NCBI GenBank assembly: GCA_900088475.1 | Contig: FLMG01004374.1 | Span: 168,452 to 232,451 of the forward strand | Direction of reading: 5' to 3' | Length of the DNA stretch: 64,000 nucleotides | DNA from: Hyphochytrium catenoides | Lineage: Eukaryota > Protista > Hyphochytriomycota | Part shown: positions 49,454-62,941 of the stretch, one piece after another | How the letters are laid out: each line of letters starts with the position of its first letter | How positions within the stretch are numbered: the stretch's first letter is position 1 | Translations under genes and position numbers: made by a program | The notes under the pieces: generated by a model | What the model saw: the letters and a program-made list of their open reading frames with translations, nothing else | What the model was told of the DNA's origin: nothing | Database searches by the model: none

Positions 49454-52400
49454 CTATACGGCGTTTATCCGCTTTACCATTTTTCCAATCCGTCGAATTT
49501 TTTCCTTGCTCTCGGCAAGGAGTTGAACTTCTGCCTTGAGGAGGTCATGACATTTTTGTCCTGCATCCTGATCAAGTTTCGGAAGGACTGGTGACGGCAA
49601 ACCCGCCTCCAATAGCTTCTGGGTTCTGTGTGTGAGTTCGGCAACCTAAGAATAAGNNNNNNNNNNNNNNNNNNNNNNNNNNNNNNNNNNNNNNNNNNNN
49701 NNNNNNNNNNNNNACGTTGGACTCGTGCCATCTTCTTCCGTAAGTCTTCGTGGTACTCTCGTTCAGCTTTTGACAGCGTGGACTGATTTTCTTGAACAGC
49801 CTTTCCAAAAATTGATATAGCAGTCAAGGTTAGTGGAAGGAAGGGTTGGGCCTTAAGACAAATCAAAATCAAGCGACGCAAGTAGTAAGATCTTCCGAGA
49901 CAACCAGACATGGTAATGACCGCAGACAAGGGCTTAGGTAAAGTACCCCACATCTATAGAGAATCAAGGCGACGCAGGGAGATGCACCTGCAGTACTGCA
50001 GCCGCACGGGCAGCTAAGTTTTCCTGCAGCTTTTTCACGACCTGGACCTTCTCTTGAAGCCTTTTTTCTCGCTCCTGTAAGGTGTCCACCTGACCAGACA
50101 GCTCCTTTGCCTTGTTTGACTGAGTCACCAGCAGCTTCCTCAGCGTCTTAGAGTGAGTTGCAAATAGAGTCAGCGAAGTTACCATCTGATCCTTTCCGAT
50201 GAATCATCTACTACCTGGTGCCTGTTGTTGGTGAGTTCTGCAAGCTCAGTCATGTTGACCAAGTCAACATTTCGAAAGTCTAATATCTTGTCAATCAAGA
50301 ACTGGACGGAATCTACCGTGGCTTGCATGATGGGCGTGCTGCCTGACACGATTGACTTTTGACAGACTCCTTGATCCAAGTAGCTGCTGATCATCTGCTT
50401 GACATGAAGTCCAGCCGTTGATAATTAGACACAGGAGATTGCGCATTAGGTTAAGTAAGATCAGCACATGGGGAATGCTTATAATGGTAGACCACCACCG
50501 CGCCTTATGAATAATAAGGAGGACCAACAAAAGAGCTTGTTTGGGACGCAAAGATGATACTAGAAGTTACAAAAGGCCACCATAGATGCATCTTTGAAGG
50601 CTGACCTCCTGAAATGGCTGTAGCCCAGCCTCTCCTCCCTTGTGGTCACGAATAGCCGTTAGCTTCGGAGCTTTAGATGTGAAAGTATACCGGTCAATGG
50701 TCAGATTGACCGCCTCCATGTGACCAGCAGATGATCGCGCTATTAAGAAATGACCGAGGCGCGGGCTGTCAACTGCACCGCAACCTAAGAGCAAAGTGTC
50801 TTCCGAAGAGGACACTGTTGGATCCCTTGCATTGCTAACACTTTGTCGCGGTGCGACGCCAAAGACATACTTGACTGAAGAGGGAGTTAATGGCTTTTCA
50901 GCCATCTCTATTGGCGAATGGAGACGGTTCGCCAGTTGGCCAACACACGGCATTGTGATAGCGTGCACACCTGCCGAGTGCTGACAGAAGACGAGGTCTT
51001 CTCTACGGGTGTCAGTCTTCAGAATGGGCCAGCCGTAACTGACAGGGAGTGCCAGATCTAAGCATTCTAGAAGAGTAGCCGCATACTCATGCTCCCCTCT
51101 TCTCTCGCTTTGCCATTGAGGTTGCACCGTTTGCCACAAAATCAAATCCTCCACAAAGCCAGAAGAATACGATCGTAGGAGCAATGGTAGAGCTTCTTCT
51201 GGGCGCCGTTTGACTGACGGTCCTTTAAGATAGCATAGAGATGTGCTAATCACAGAGTTTCCAACGCCCTTGATAGGGCTCTTGGGCTCAATAGATAAAT
51301 GGGTCTGGAGCTTGGGTGGACCCATTGAGTCCCGTCCGGGTGCATACTTTACCCATTGTGCGAGCTCCGATATTTCACCTTCTCCACTCTCTCCACCGAT
51401 TCCTCCCCAAGCTGTACTTCGTACCGCTTCTGCATCTCCGAAAAGGTTTTCCCAGCAGGATTCGAGCCATTGGAGCTGTGAACTTCCCCCTTCGCCGCTA
51501 GCTTCGTATGCCTGTGACAGCTGCTGGAGCTCCATAATGGCATCCTTTCTTAGTGTGCAGACGAAGGGCACTACAGGACAGAGGGCAGCAATGTCCCCTA
51601 TGGAGGAGAGTATGAGGCAAGTGAACCTCTCCCAGCCTCTATCAGGACCAAAGCAAAATGATGTGCATGGATACATAGAGTCTGGAAGAGCCACATCGAA
51701 CACTTGCTCGGGTTCATCCGTCTGTAAAGCAGTATTATAAATTTTCAAGCAGTCACTGGCATCAAGAACTCCCAGATGGGCCTCAGCGAGAGGATGCCAT
51801 TGTACACATCGTATCCGAGGAACTTGGGGAGTGATCTGCGTCTCTTCTCGTTCGAGCGGCAACGGAGCACCCAATAGATACAGAGGACAGCTGACAAAGG
51901 ACCGAGTGAAAGCCGAAACATTTTGCACTCCCTGAGCAGAAAGCCGACGCATCGTGTCAGCTGCATCGCTGGGATTGAGCTTGTAAACGTCTTGAAGCGT
52001 CACGAGCTCTCGTCTTCCATCAGTGTAGGTTACCAGGACCTGATCTAGACGCTCGGCTGAAGCCGATATCCGCTCAGAGGCAGCTAAACATAGGATGAAC
52101 GAAAAGGTAAGTACACCGTGGGTCTGTCGGTGGAGGATAGAGGAAGAAGGCAAACTGGGGCCACCGCTTGGTACCACAGGAATGGCCTGGCCCTTGACCC
52201 AGGAGGTAGCTAGCTACGCGGCTCCAAAAGAGAAGACTGTCATAGGTAGAAGGATGTGGACGGAGACAACACAATAGACGAGGGACGAACGATAAAAGAG
52301 AGCATGGAGTTCCTCAAAAATTGGAGCTTCCTAGATCGAAAGGGTCTGAGTCTCACCTCGTCTAGGCAATGTGGCCACTGCCACAAAGTTCTCTCCGTAG

Positions 52401-52801
52401 CAGGCTAGCCTGGTCCCGCTTGCATTGAACTGAACGCCCCGAATTTGCAGATGGGAGGGCAATTGTGGGTGGCAAAGGATATCAATGATGGAAGGGGAAT
52501 ACTCTAGCAGGTTCACCAACTTAAGACTATTTCGCCGTCCAACCACGACAAGGTCTCCCTGATTACTGCTAGTTACCAGGTTCAGCTCGCCGGTGGCTTG
52601 ATTTCCCTTCGCAGAGAGGTAGCAAGATGAAAGACACACTTGGCTTAGTTCCGCAGGTGCTCCGTCGCCAAGGAGACAAACGCTAACAATCTTGCGCAAT
52701 GAATGGCTTACCGAAATTTCGGGGCAATCAAAACCGCTCAGGGCCTCCAGAACTGCCTTCAAGTCCCAAGCTCGGGTCTTCCCATTTTCTGGCGTCATCA
52801 C
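49454..52801 (-). CDS. NUP88: Nucleoporin Nup88/Nup82-like (beta-propeller plus C-terminal coiled coil); spans an N gap
   Basis: VQFNASGTRLACYG..VATLPRRG, VQWHPLAEAHLGVLDASDCLKIYN, FGPDRGWERFTCLILSSIGDIAALCPVVP, and coiled-coil segments LSKAEREYHEDL and QKCHDLLKAEVQLL. Confidence 0.8.
49657..49713. other. Assembly gap (N run)
   Basis: Run of n. Confidence 1.
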
Positions 52802-53663
52802 TCTCCCCGCTGACTATACCACACGATGGCCTAGATGGTTGGCAGAACGTAGTCCTTCTAGCCCAATAAGTCACTCTTTCCTACGCGGAGACCAGCAAGA
52901 GCAAGCCAGGAGGTGCATTGCGTTATTCGTACTCCCAGACAGCACCTCTCCCGATCTAGTGTTTGATAGATTTGTCTCCTCCCCAGACGGCTCCCTAATC
53001 ACAGGTCTCTTTAGCCCTGGCCTCTTTCTGATTCGCCCTATAGCTGGACTGTGGGACGGTGATCAATACTAAAAAACCCGACTGCAGCTGCAGGGTCCAA
53101 CGGGTGTGTCAATGAGTAGTAACCAATGATCTGCAGAGATTCGGCAATGACGGTGTAGACCCCATCGACCTCCACCGATGATGATCGGAATTCTGAAGCT
53201 TCAAAAAAGAGCTTTACACGCCGCCCTGACACCAGACAACACCAAAACTCTTCAGAGTACCGTTAGCAGCTATATTCGCAATAGAGGTTGCACATATTAC
53301 TCATTATACTAGATATACTACAGGAAGGTCCATCAGATTGGGAATGTGAGAGAGGTCAGTTACTGTAGGTCCAAGATATTGAGATCATACAGTAAATTTT
53401 CTCCATTTTGCGGTGAGATCCAGGATCCAGAGCTCAATCAGCCCCAGAAGGTCCTGGAAATGAAGGCATTGGCATCGGCATTGGCACCATCTGCTCACGC
53501 TTGCGTTCTTCAATGAATGTATAGACCCTTGAAACTCCCTCATCACCCTAGAGAGGTCATTCAACGGCAATTTGTGAGAAGTGGCAAAGGCTGCAGTGCA
53601 CGACGAGACGGACAGAAACGTCGAGAGGACCAGACAGACCCAATAGTGAAGGCATCAAGAGCG

Positions 53664-54612
53664 ATGAACCGCCCTCTGCTACTAGTGTGTTTGGCAGTAG
53701 CCTTCGCCTGGCGTTCCTGCCAAGGTTACATGTTCGATATTACTCCGGGAAAGATAGAGTGCATTATCGAGCACCTTAGTAGTTCTAGGACTCTCACCAT
53801 GCAAGTGATGGTAATTAGAGGCGGCCAGATGGACATACGTTTTAAGGTCTACGGACCTTACAAGGAGATGCCAAGTATGGAAGACACTACTCAGCTCTTC
53901 TTCAACCAGTTGTTGGAGGCTGCCAAGGACGAAAAGGGCATCGAGGAGTTCAAGTCTCAGGGGTTTCAATTTGACACGGAGCACAGGGATGGTTATTATA
54001 AGCTTTGCCTTGACAACGAGCACAGCACTTGGTCCTCGAAGCTGGTCTCTTTGCAGATCATTAACAGCCTCTCTAAAAATGCTCCTCAAGATGTTGATCA
54101 GAAGACGAAGGACGGTAGGTAACCGCCTTGTCCTTTAATAGTCAACAGCCCATCCATACTGATAGTGCCGTTGTTGGACTGCATCTTCCTTTCACCTTTG
54201 ACCTCTAGAGCATCAGCAAGAAATGTTTGATGCTTTGAGAAAAATTGAGGAGTTGCTGGATAAAATCAAGGAGCAGCAGGGTTACCATAAGGCTCGAATC
54301 ATGCGGCATCTTCTAAGTAAGGCTTTCCTTATCTATAGCATGACTGGAAGAAGCCCTTCATCTCTCTTTCCCCTCAATGGAGGCTCATCGCTTTGCTACG
54401 ACAATCTTACAAGCCCTCTACTTATTTCTCTATACCTCGACTTATCCCATGCTAATGGTTGCTTCGCCCTGCCTACAGCTGCGGAGAGTAACAAGTCACG
54501 AGCAACGTATTACACTTTAATGCAAGTCGGGCTGTTCGCTGCACTGGGGGCGTTTCAATTGTTCTACGTCAGGAAGTGGTTTGCTGACCCTAAAGCCCAA
54601 CGATGGGCATAA
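53664..54612 (+). CDS. p24/emp24/GOLD family cargo receptor, 3 exons
   Basis: Signal peptide MNRPLLLVCLAVAFAWRSCQG, GOLD domain (ECIIE, GYYKLCLDNEHS), coiled coil, AESNKSR, TM segment and FQLFYVRKWF tail. Confidence 0.92.
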
Positions 54613-54907
54613 GTCCATCTGCGTCTAGGTTCTTACCATCCCAAGTGTATTTACGTGCAGCAGCTTTTAGTTGTTGAGGATATGGCGGCCTATTGCTGCT
54701 CTTCTGCGGATGCTGTCCATTTTCACAAAGTGCTACGACAATCCTAAGAATTGGTTCTTACCATCCTCCCCAAGACTAAGTACTTAGACCACTGCTGTCA
54801 ATAGCGGCTCAGCTCCTGCCGCTGGGAGTTGAAGGACGAGGTTATGGCTTACAAGCAGTTGTCAACGAAAGCATGCCGAGAACATTCCTTTATTCCAGGA
54901 TTGTGCA

Positions 54908-57900
54908 TCAAGACCACGCTTCAATCTGCAACCTCTTCTTTCTTTCCAAAACCTTCAATAACTGCTCAGCTTGCTGAGGGCTGAGCCCTCCTTCCTTGAC
55001 GGCAATCAACTTGATCACCTCACAAACGTCACTTGGCATCCGCTTGGCAGAGCCAGCAATAAATATCATACCCTCCTGAGGAAACGGGTCAGGCTTTCGA
55101 GAAGCAAAAGGTCAGCACGTCATAGTAGAATTGAGGCAGAAGTAATCCTTGTCCTTTGATAGTGACTTGTATCGAGCGACCTAGCGATCAAGGAGGAAGA
55201 CACACGCCACCACGTGACGCCATACACTTTTACCTGTTGGCTAATAAGCGGCCAGAAAATCTTTCTAGTGTCCCAGAGCAGCGTCTGCACATAAACTTTG
55301 GTTTCCTAAGCGGAGTAGTTCAGAGGTTTTGGTTAGCCCTCAGACCACCCTAAATCCAAGCGCATATACAAGGCATGACGGAGAAGACACTCAAGGAAGT
55401 TACCTTCAACCTTCAACAACTGATGAAGTCGATGAAGAAGCACGCTTCAATACTGAGCAATTACCTGGTCTCGGGAAAAAGCTACATTCAAGGACCTAAG
55501 CGTTCTCTGCTCAAGCATTTTCTCAAACTCCGCCTGGTATAGATAGTCCTGCAGAAAAGATCAGAGAGTGGCGAAAGCTTATCAGAGAGACCCTTGACGA
55601 CAGGAAGAGAGATAGATAAGAGAGACTATGCCAAGAGGTAAGGTTAAGCCTTGGGAACAAAGGAATGCTTTGGTCTAGGCTTAGCAGCCTGCCAACTTCA
55701 GATATTCATTTGTGGCACCTTCTCCTTGTGCCTGCATCCGAAGTATAAGCGTGCATCCCAGCTGTTCTCCTCCTCTATCTCTTCTCTAGCTCTGCCACCG
55801 AGCCTATTCTGGATCTCCTGCAGAAATGACCTCATCGGGGCCACACCAGTTCCTGGTCCAATAAGCACCAGAGGACTGGTTGTCGTGAGGAATGGAGCAC
55901 GAAAGCGCGGCAATTGAAGGGGACAAAACTTAGTTAAGACTTCATCACGAGCAACGTGGTTGCCCTTCGCCAAACATCCAAAGTATCGTGCAAGATAGGC
56001 CCGCTACTAACCGTCCTGGATGTTGGGGGAAAGCGAAGCATCCTTTTTTGATCCAGATAGGTATTCCAGGTCCCTCCTCAGAGGGCGAGAGTGAGCGCAG
56101 CCACTCTGAGCAGAGGCCAATCTTTTTTCTTTTCCACGGAGTTTGGAAGTCCACTATAGCCAAACAGATGTCCAGCTAGGGCGCAGCGCAAGCGATTGAA
56201 TCAGTCTCAAGTCCTCTTCTTGTCTCCTTTGCATCCTCAACTTCCAAGGGAGGGACTACCACTACCTCCTTCGCTCTTCAATCTATAGTTTAGAAGGTGC
56301 AAGCAGAGTTGACGAACTGTATCGCCTCGCTCATCTTTTGTTGCTACGGCTGAACCCCATTTAGTCGTACCTTGGCCCCACCACTATGTCTGCTTGATGA
56401 TGCGATGGAGTAGTACCTTGGCTTGATGACGGGAATGATTTGCAAGAGATAATCTAGGCTAGGTCTGCATGAAGGAAAGTCTCTGAATACCTTGTAAACA
56501 AAGAGAAGGAGAGTAAATGGCAAAGTGCGGGATGAAGATGTGAAAAGTTTGGTCAGCTTAAGAGCAATGACTAAACGCACTTGATACGCAACTAATCGCT
56601 CTTGATATATGGCAACTCACCTCTACGTAGCTTCTCCTCTCCCTAGTGCAATAATCATTCAGGAGATCTGCCCCTTCTGGAGAAGCCAGCTCAAGCAGCT
56701 TTTCCCTCTTGAGGAAGTGAACAATGTAAATAGCTTAAAGGTCCCACCACCCATACAGCCATCAATAGGAAATTAGAAAAGAGATAGAGCAGACTTAAGG
56801 TAGAACAGAGCCAAAGCTTTGTCATGAAAGCCCACGAAGGTCAGAATGTATGGGCAGCACTTGCTCGAAGCCTCACTTAAAACGACATATCACCGGTTTA
56901 AAGATCGATAGTTTTACCTCTTCTTTGTTGGATGCAAACAGGGAAAGGAACTCGAACGTACTCCGGCGAGGGCAACCATTAATGTCTAGGAATCGGGTTA
57001 AGAGGTCACGTAGTAGCAGCCGAGATGGGAACGGCAGCTTGTCTGCACCTATGTCGCTGAAGAGGGCTTCTTTTAGATCTCTTTTCCGCTCAAGGCTTAG
57101 GCTATATGTCGTGCCGCAGCCACTCCTGTACGTCGCTCCATTTATCTCCATCCCATCAACCTCTCCTATGGTCCCTCTGCCTGATTTGCTCAGCCCAACT
57201 GCCATCAGCCCACTATCAGAGCCTTACCTGGGCACTCGTGAGATGGACACCATAACATTTCCATCCATACCGAACAAAGACAGAAACTCCTCCACCCCAC
57301 AAACATTCACAGGGTACACAACAGCTACATCACCCGGAGCGTACTGGACAGGTGGTGAGATCTCGAATTCTAAGTGACGGACATCTTGAGCCCAAGACGG
57401 GACGGTGAGACGCTCACTCCGCTTGAGAGCTGCCATCAAGGGCGCTACAGAGAAGCGGGACAGCAATTCCCCGTGAAAGACAAGGTCAGAAGCGGCAAGA
57501 CTTGTCACCGGGAAAGTGCTTTCATCCGTGCATTCATAGGTAGCGAGCAGAGGGAAGACAGGATAAATCGCTCAGATCTCAAGAGTGTACTACAGGGCCT
57601 ATTTAAGACGCAATGAGGGACGTCAAGGCCTCTTTCCTGGTGAAGTTGCTCACCTTTCCGATCAGAGCAGTAAGAATCCGGGGGAGGGCGATAGTATTTG
57701 CTTTCCACCGTAGAGAAACGTGATGCCACGTCTACCTCTAGGTAAATATCGTTTCCAAAGAGAGGCATAAGAGCCAAGCCGGGCAAACCGAGGATGTGGA
57801 GATTTATAGTCAGCATCGCTGTGAACTTCTAGGTAATTGACAAAAAATACCTTCAAACGCTCCCGTTGCCTGCAGAGTCTGCACCTGGTATTTGGGAGGC

Positions 57901-59322
57901 TCCAGCTGCCATCAGACATTTATAAAAACGGATACGAAGAGAGCCGGTTAGAAGAACAAATCACACAGAAAGATCTTCAAAGAGTTTGTTACCCGTGGCG
58001 CATCATTAGGTACATAGCCAGCAGGGAGAGGATAATCTTTGAACAGCAGTGACCACAATTGGCTCAGCCAGGGATCCAAAGCGCCGTATAGCCCTTTAGG
58101 ATGCTGGTCATCTCCTAGTCCGCGCTCCAGAAGAATATGGGCACCCAACTGGGTCAGTCGAGCCTGAATGGAGGAAGAGAGCCATATAAGTGAGGGCATC
58201 GGCTTTACCTCACGGCTGCAACTACTTTCTAGTACGCTGAAGGGTATCAATAAGCTTGCTATGTGCGATAGACCACTGCCACTCTTCTTTTCGTGGACCG
58301 ACCTTACCCCTTAGATGTTTTTAATCCTGCTCTTCCTCACCTGTAGCTTTCTGGCGGCTGCGTTAAATTTCTGATAGCTGCTGTCTCCCAGTCCAAAAAC
58401 TGCACACCTTAACTCCGAAAGAGAGTCGCTCGGTAGAGCCTTGCGCAACATAAACTTCCATGAGCTCTTCATGTTGTCAGGGACCTCTCCGTCGCCAGTA
58501 GTGGAAGCCACAAAGATAACCAAAGATTCCGACGGAAGGTTGGACCTGACGACGGTAAAGTCGGTCCAATGTGGTCAGGATGCGAGAGAGAAGAGTCAAG
58601 AGTAGAGCAGGACATTCGAGAATTGAGAGCTACGAGGAAGTTTAGTGACGACATATAAAGGGAAGATTGGAGCGGAAGAGAGAATATGAGGAAAGAAGAG
58701 CGGAACTTGGACTCGCACAACCAAACAGTGTGGCCAGAAGAGGACCCTAGCATGTGGAAGAGGGTCAGGAAAGCAGTGTCACGTTCAAGCGCTGGTCAAT
58801 GAAAGAGAGATGCTCTATCAAGGACGAGTATGCGGCCTGACGAGCTCACATGTCGTAGGAGTCCATAGCCATGACTCGGGGCCTGAAGCCCCTGTTTGAC
58901 GCCCGCTTTCCCACCATCTCAGCCACATCCTCTGCTGTCCCTATTGAGCGGTTCGAAGGAGAAAGGAGATAGCTTAGGAAGAAAAGAATGGAGAAGCCAG
59001 AGATGGAAGACTTGAGAGGGAAGGCCTGAGGAGAGGGGAGCGACAGACTGACAGAGCGCAAAAGTAGTAAGAGGGAGAGACGAGCAAGAAGAAAGAGGGA
59101 AAGAAGAGCTGAGATGCTCAACCTACGGGCCACCAAGAGCTATCAGTTTGAGAGTGTCGGAAATCGGCAGAGAAAAAGAGCACTAGAGAGAGTGGACGAA
59201 GAGGGACGTGGATGACAGAGTAAAGATGAACCTGTCTGGCTGGCAAACAGGATCAGAAGCTCGTGTCTCTGAGGCGGCGGCACATCTGTCTGACCACCTT
59301 CCTGCTGAGACGCCAGTGACAT
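54908..59322 (-). CDS. NDOR1: NADPH-dependent diflavin oxidoreductase 1 (Tah18/NDOR1), multi-exon
   Basis: ILFASQTG|TAEDVA, STTGDGEVPDN, FGLGDSSYQKFN, GLGDDQHPKG, QDVRHLEF, PRYYSIASS, IGPGTGVAPMRS, YFGCR, AFSRDQ, IAGSAKRMP..QIEAWS*. Confidence 0.93.
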
Positions 59323-59628
59323 GATTCAGTTTGCACTCCCTCTCGCTGTGCCTCAGCAGCCCAGAACCATGAGCAACGTCCACCTCAAGCACAGAGAAGA
59401 GAGACACCGAGAGGGAAGCTCTGACAAGTCCGCTACGTAGTGCTTGGGCAAAGTGGTCGCCTGTTGCGCCGCTGAAGATAAGAAGAGAGGAGAGACGATA
59501 GCTTCCTAGTGACACTCAAGCAGCGCCTCAAGCTGGTTCGGAGGCAGTCAGAAAATCACGGTAACGAGGCGGGAGTAAGAGAAAGATAATAAGATAGAAG
59601 AGTGCGCAGCTTTTACGAGGGAGATGGA

Positions 59629-59697
59629 NNNNNNNNNNNNNNNNNNNNNNNNNNNNNNNNNNNNNNNNNNNNNNNNNNNNNNNNNNNNNNNNNNNNN
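59629..59697. other. Assembly gap (N run) next to GA-rich repeats
   Basis: Run of n followed by gagagaaga repeats. Confidence 1.
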
Positions 59698-60179
59698 GAG
59701 AGAAGAGAGAGAAAGAGAAAGAGAAAGAGCATGAGAGAGAGGAAGAGAACAGAGAGAATTGAAGGTTGGATGTAGGTCAATGGGGTTTAGTAGTAGGTCA
59801 TAAGAATCGAGAGCTCTATGGTCATCTACACTGTGTCTGAGGCATAGTAATAATATCTCTACAGCTCGCCGTAACCCTTGACTCCCTTGACACCCAGCCC
59901 TTCCCAAGAAGTCCTATCATAGTTCCTCTGCGCGATAAGGTTCCTCTTTCTCTCTCTTTCTCTCTCTCTCTCTTGCGCGCGGAGGAAGAGATAGTGACAG
60001 GCCAGTGACAGGCCATCATGAATCTTCAGAGGTGTGGGGCAGAGGCAAGAGGGACACACAGCGGCCGGACAAACAGAGAGACATAGCGGAGTCTAAGTCA
60101 CGGCCACAGGGACGCGACAAGAAGATGCTTCTCTAGTTATGTGCACCAGCGTGCACAGGGGACGACGAAGAAGATAAAA

Positions 60180-61538
60180 ATGATCATCAGGGGGCATCAG
60201 CAGATACAAAGTAGCCAAGGAGAAGAGGAAGAAGGGAGTGGACCTGGCGAAGGATTTGGCTTGACTTCCTCATGCGTTGGCTTTCTCGGCAATCTCATTG
60301 TAGATGACCTGCACTTGACTGATGGCAGGGTGTTGGAGGGAGTATTGGGAGGCAGCAATGTCTTCGCCGCTGTGGGCATGGCGTATTGGACCCTAACGCG
60401 AAGAGATCATCAGAGCAATGGTAACGAGCAAGAAATTGACGCAGTGCCGCCTTCCGAACCAGTTAAAGGGAGTTCTTTTCTACACGGAGTCCGGCCACTA
60501 TTGATCATCAGGCTTGGAGTGGTCTCAAAAGAAGTCCTCGAAGAGCTGGCAGCTTGGAATGAAATCGGCGCTGTTGACATCTGTTGCTCTTCTTTGTCGA
60601 CGTCACTCCGCGACCACGTCCTAGAATCCGCGGCCAAAAACCTACCCACGCATCCCCGGGCTGCCCAGTTATATGAGGAAACGAATGGCGAGCGGCGAGG
60701 GATGCGGTGGATCGTGAGAATTGATCCTTCCTTAGTGCCTGTGCCAGAAGATGTCCCGGAAGGCGTTCCCTTACTAAGCTGCTACTTCCAGAGGTTTCCA
60801 GCAACAGATACCGTGGTCAGACTGAGGAGGATGGGCGTCAAAATCTTGCTTTGGGAACCTAATCCTCCAGCCTATCAGCTACCTGATCTGGGGCTTACCT
60901 GCAGTACAGAGCGCCTGGATGCTTTTCGTAAGAGTCTGGAGGACATTGACATCTTCTCTCCACAGCTCGAGGAGGTCTGCGATTTACTCGACCGACCAAG
61001 CCCTGACCTCTCTGACCTCCTAGCCTGTGTAAAGGACAGAGAGATGAATAAGCCTTGGAGGCAGAGGGTCAAAGGTTCAAGGGGATCGACGGCCTTATTG
61101 GACATCTTCGAGGCCGTCCTGGGGCTGATGAACCAGCAGCGGCAACTCAATCCTGTCCTTTGCTTGCGACTGGGAAGGCTTGGATCTTTGGTTGGGCGTG
61201 GCGCGTTGAGCGAGGTCGCTTATATCCCTCCTCTTCGAAATTGTCGTGTTGTCGACGTCACTGGCGCTGGAAATGCTTACTGCGGGACCTTTGTTGGCTC
61301 CGTGACTACGTCCCAGCTGCAGAATATAAAAGCTCTTCCCGAAGGTTGCCTCCAAATGTCGATGGGAAGCCTAGTGGAGGCTGGAGTAAGGGCCTCAGTC
61401 TCTGCAAGCTTCATTATTGCACACTACGGAGTGCCGCCGCCACCGGCTCCTAGTGTACTCGAGGAAGCTGATCGAAGATATAGAGAGCTTCTGGATGAGG
61501 TCATTATGCTTCCCCGACAAAGCAGAGCTCAGTCCTAG
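60180..61538 (+). CDS. Intronless pfkB/ribokinase-family carbohydrate kinase (MAK32-like)
   Basis: LIVDDL..VLGGSNVFAAVG, ILLWEP, IDIFSPQ..E, LRLGRLGS, and the pfkB signature VVDVTGAGNAYCGTF. Confidence 0.88.
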   Translation: MIIRGHQQIQSSQGEEEEGSGPGEGFGLTSSCVGFLGNLIVDDLHLTDGRVLEGVLGGSNVFAAVGMAYWTLTRRDHQSNGNEQEIDAVPPSEPVKGSSFLHGVRPLLIIRLGVVSKEVLEELAAWNEIGAVDICCSSLSTSLRDHVLESAAKNLPTHPRAAQLYEETNGERRGMRWIVRIDPSLVPVPEDVPEGVPLLSCYFQRFPATDTVVRLRRMGVKILLWEPNPPAYQLPDLGLTCSTERLDAFRKSLEDIDIFSPQLEEVCDLLDRPSPDLSDLLACVKDREMNKPWRQRVKGSRGSTALLDIFEAVLGLMNQQRQLNPVLCLRLGRLGSLVGRGALSEVAYIPPLRNCRVVDVTGAGNAYCGTFVGSVTTSQLQNIKALPEGCLQMSMGSLVEAGVRASVSASFIIAHYGVPPPPAPSVLEEADRRYRELLDEVIMLPRQSRAQS

Positions 61539-61876
61539 CAAAAGCTGGAGGTTACGAGGTTATGAGGACGGAAAGTGAAGCCTAGCAGTTGATGATGGTG
61601 TTGATATTTATTATGATTTATATTCTAGCCCTTGCCTGTGGGAGATTGTAATAAACGTTGTTAGATGGGCTGCGTTCTATCGATCCAGTCAATTACCCCG
61701 AGGATAGAGACGACCGGACGATACTCTAGCAATCAGCAAGGGCCAAATAAATAGAGAAGAAGAGACGGACGAGAGGGATCCCATCAGTTTTTGACGTTGT
61801 TGATGAGTGAACAGACATAGGGCTCCTCCTCCAGTGCTATGGCTCTCAATTCCGAAGCAGGTGTTCAATCATACTA

Positions 61877-62941
61877 TTAGGCAGCAACCGTTGGCTCTGA
61901 AAGGCGGAAGGAGGGTGTCTTGCGGCGGTAGAAGGATGAAATTTTGGCGTTGAAGAAGACCCTGGAAGAGGAGAAGACAACTGTGGGGACAGTTGACTCC
62001 ACAAGCTCCCAAAGACCAGCAGCCGCGTCCTTTGTCTTTTCTTTGCCCCCAATACCATGTCCGCAGCGGTCTATCAGGATAACATTCTGCAAGTTTCCGA
62101 CTTTCTCCCTAACTTTCTCGGCGCATGAAGATGAAAGGATGCCATCCTGCTTGCCCCAGATGAGGCAGGTAGGAGCTTTTATGCTCGATAAACTGGCTTC
62201 TAAGAGGTAACCAGAGTTGATGAGGTCACCCATGATTTTCTTTAGCAGAGGCTGTTTGTCCCTTCGCGCCTCTAGGATCTTCTTTCTGATAACCTTTGGC
62301 AGGTGAATGGGTTTATATTGATAATGTGAGAGCAAGGTTGATAGCTCTTCGTCGTTCTCTGGAGTCAACAAGTTCTTTCCGTGCTCTTCGTAGAACTGCT
62401 CGACGAATGTTTTCTCGCTGCCCTCAATGCCTGCTGGACACACTAACCCCAAAGACTTCACTCGCTCAGGATAAGTGGAAGCATAGACTCCCGCTATAAA
62501 GCCACCCATAGACTTTCCTATGAGATGGATTCGCGTAGCTTTGCCCAAGACAGAGTTCAAGAACTTGTCCAGAAACTTCACTTGAGTCTCCACTCGATAA
62601 TCTCCAGTTGGCAAACAAGGTGTCGTCTCACCATGGCCCAACAAATCTGGAGCAAGCATACGCGTCCCAAAACCTCCACATCTTCTTCGTCTGGTGGATT
62701 GCCTCTTTAGCTTATTCATCGTTTTCATTATTGGGAGCCACGTATCTTTATCAGATGAGAACCCATGCACGAAGACGATGACCTCCTGCTTTCTGCAGCA
62801 TTCAGAAACATCCTTGATTCCATACGAGTCCAGATAGCTGCAGCTCGACAAGGCGTCTAAGGCGTCTAAGGCTGTCGTTCGGACCGACACGCCGGCATCT
62901 CTCCGTTCTTTTTCCGTTAACATTCTTCGAATCGCAGCCAT
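61877..62941 (-). CDS. Intronless alpha/beta hydrolase (ABHD6/monoacylglycerol lipase-like)
   Basis: VFVHGFSSDKDTW, PDLLGHGET, nucleophile motif GKSMGG, IWGKQD and CGH catalytic His. Confidence 0.92.
   Translation of the reverse strand: MAAIRRMLTEKERRDAGVSVRTTALDALDALSSCSYLDSYGIKDVSECCRKQEVIVFVHGFSSDKDTWLPIMKTMNKLKRQSTRRRRCGGFGTRMLAPDLLGHGETTPCLPTGDYRVETQVKFLDKFLNSVLGKATRIHLIGKSMGGFIAGVYASTYPERVKSLGLVCPAGIEGSEKTFVEQFYEEHGKNLLTPENDEELSTLLSHYQYKPIHLPKVIRKKILEARRDKQPLLKKIMGDLINSGYLLEASLSSIKAPTCLIWGKQDGILSSSCAEKVREKVGNLQNVILIDRCGHGIGGKEKTKDAAAGLWELVESTVPTVVFSSSRVFFNAKISSFYRRKTPSFRLSEPTVAA

Noticed and set aside
54780-54830. Apparent in-frame TGA in a minus-strand 'RY*QQWS' resembling an NDOR1 C-terminus (possible readthrough or recoding)
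   Set aside because: The real last exon ends normally at QIEAWS-TGA (54908); the downstream match is chance.
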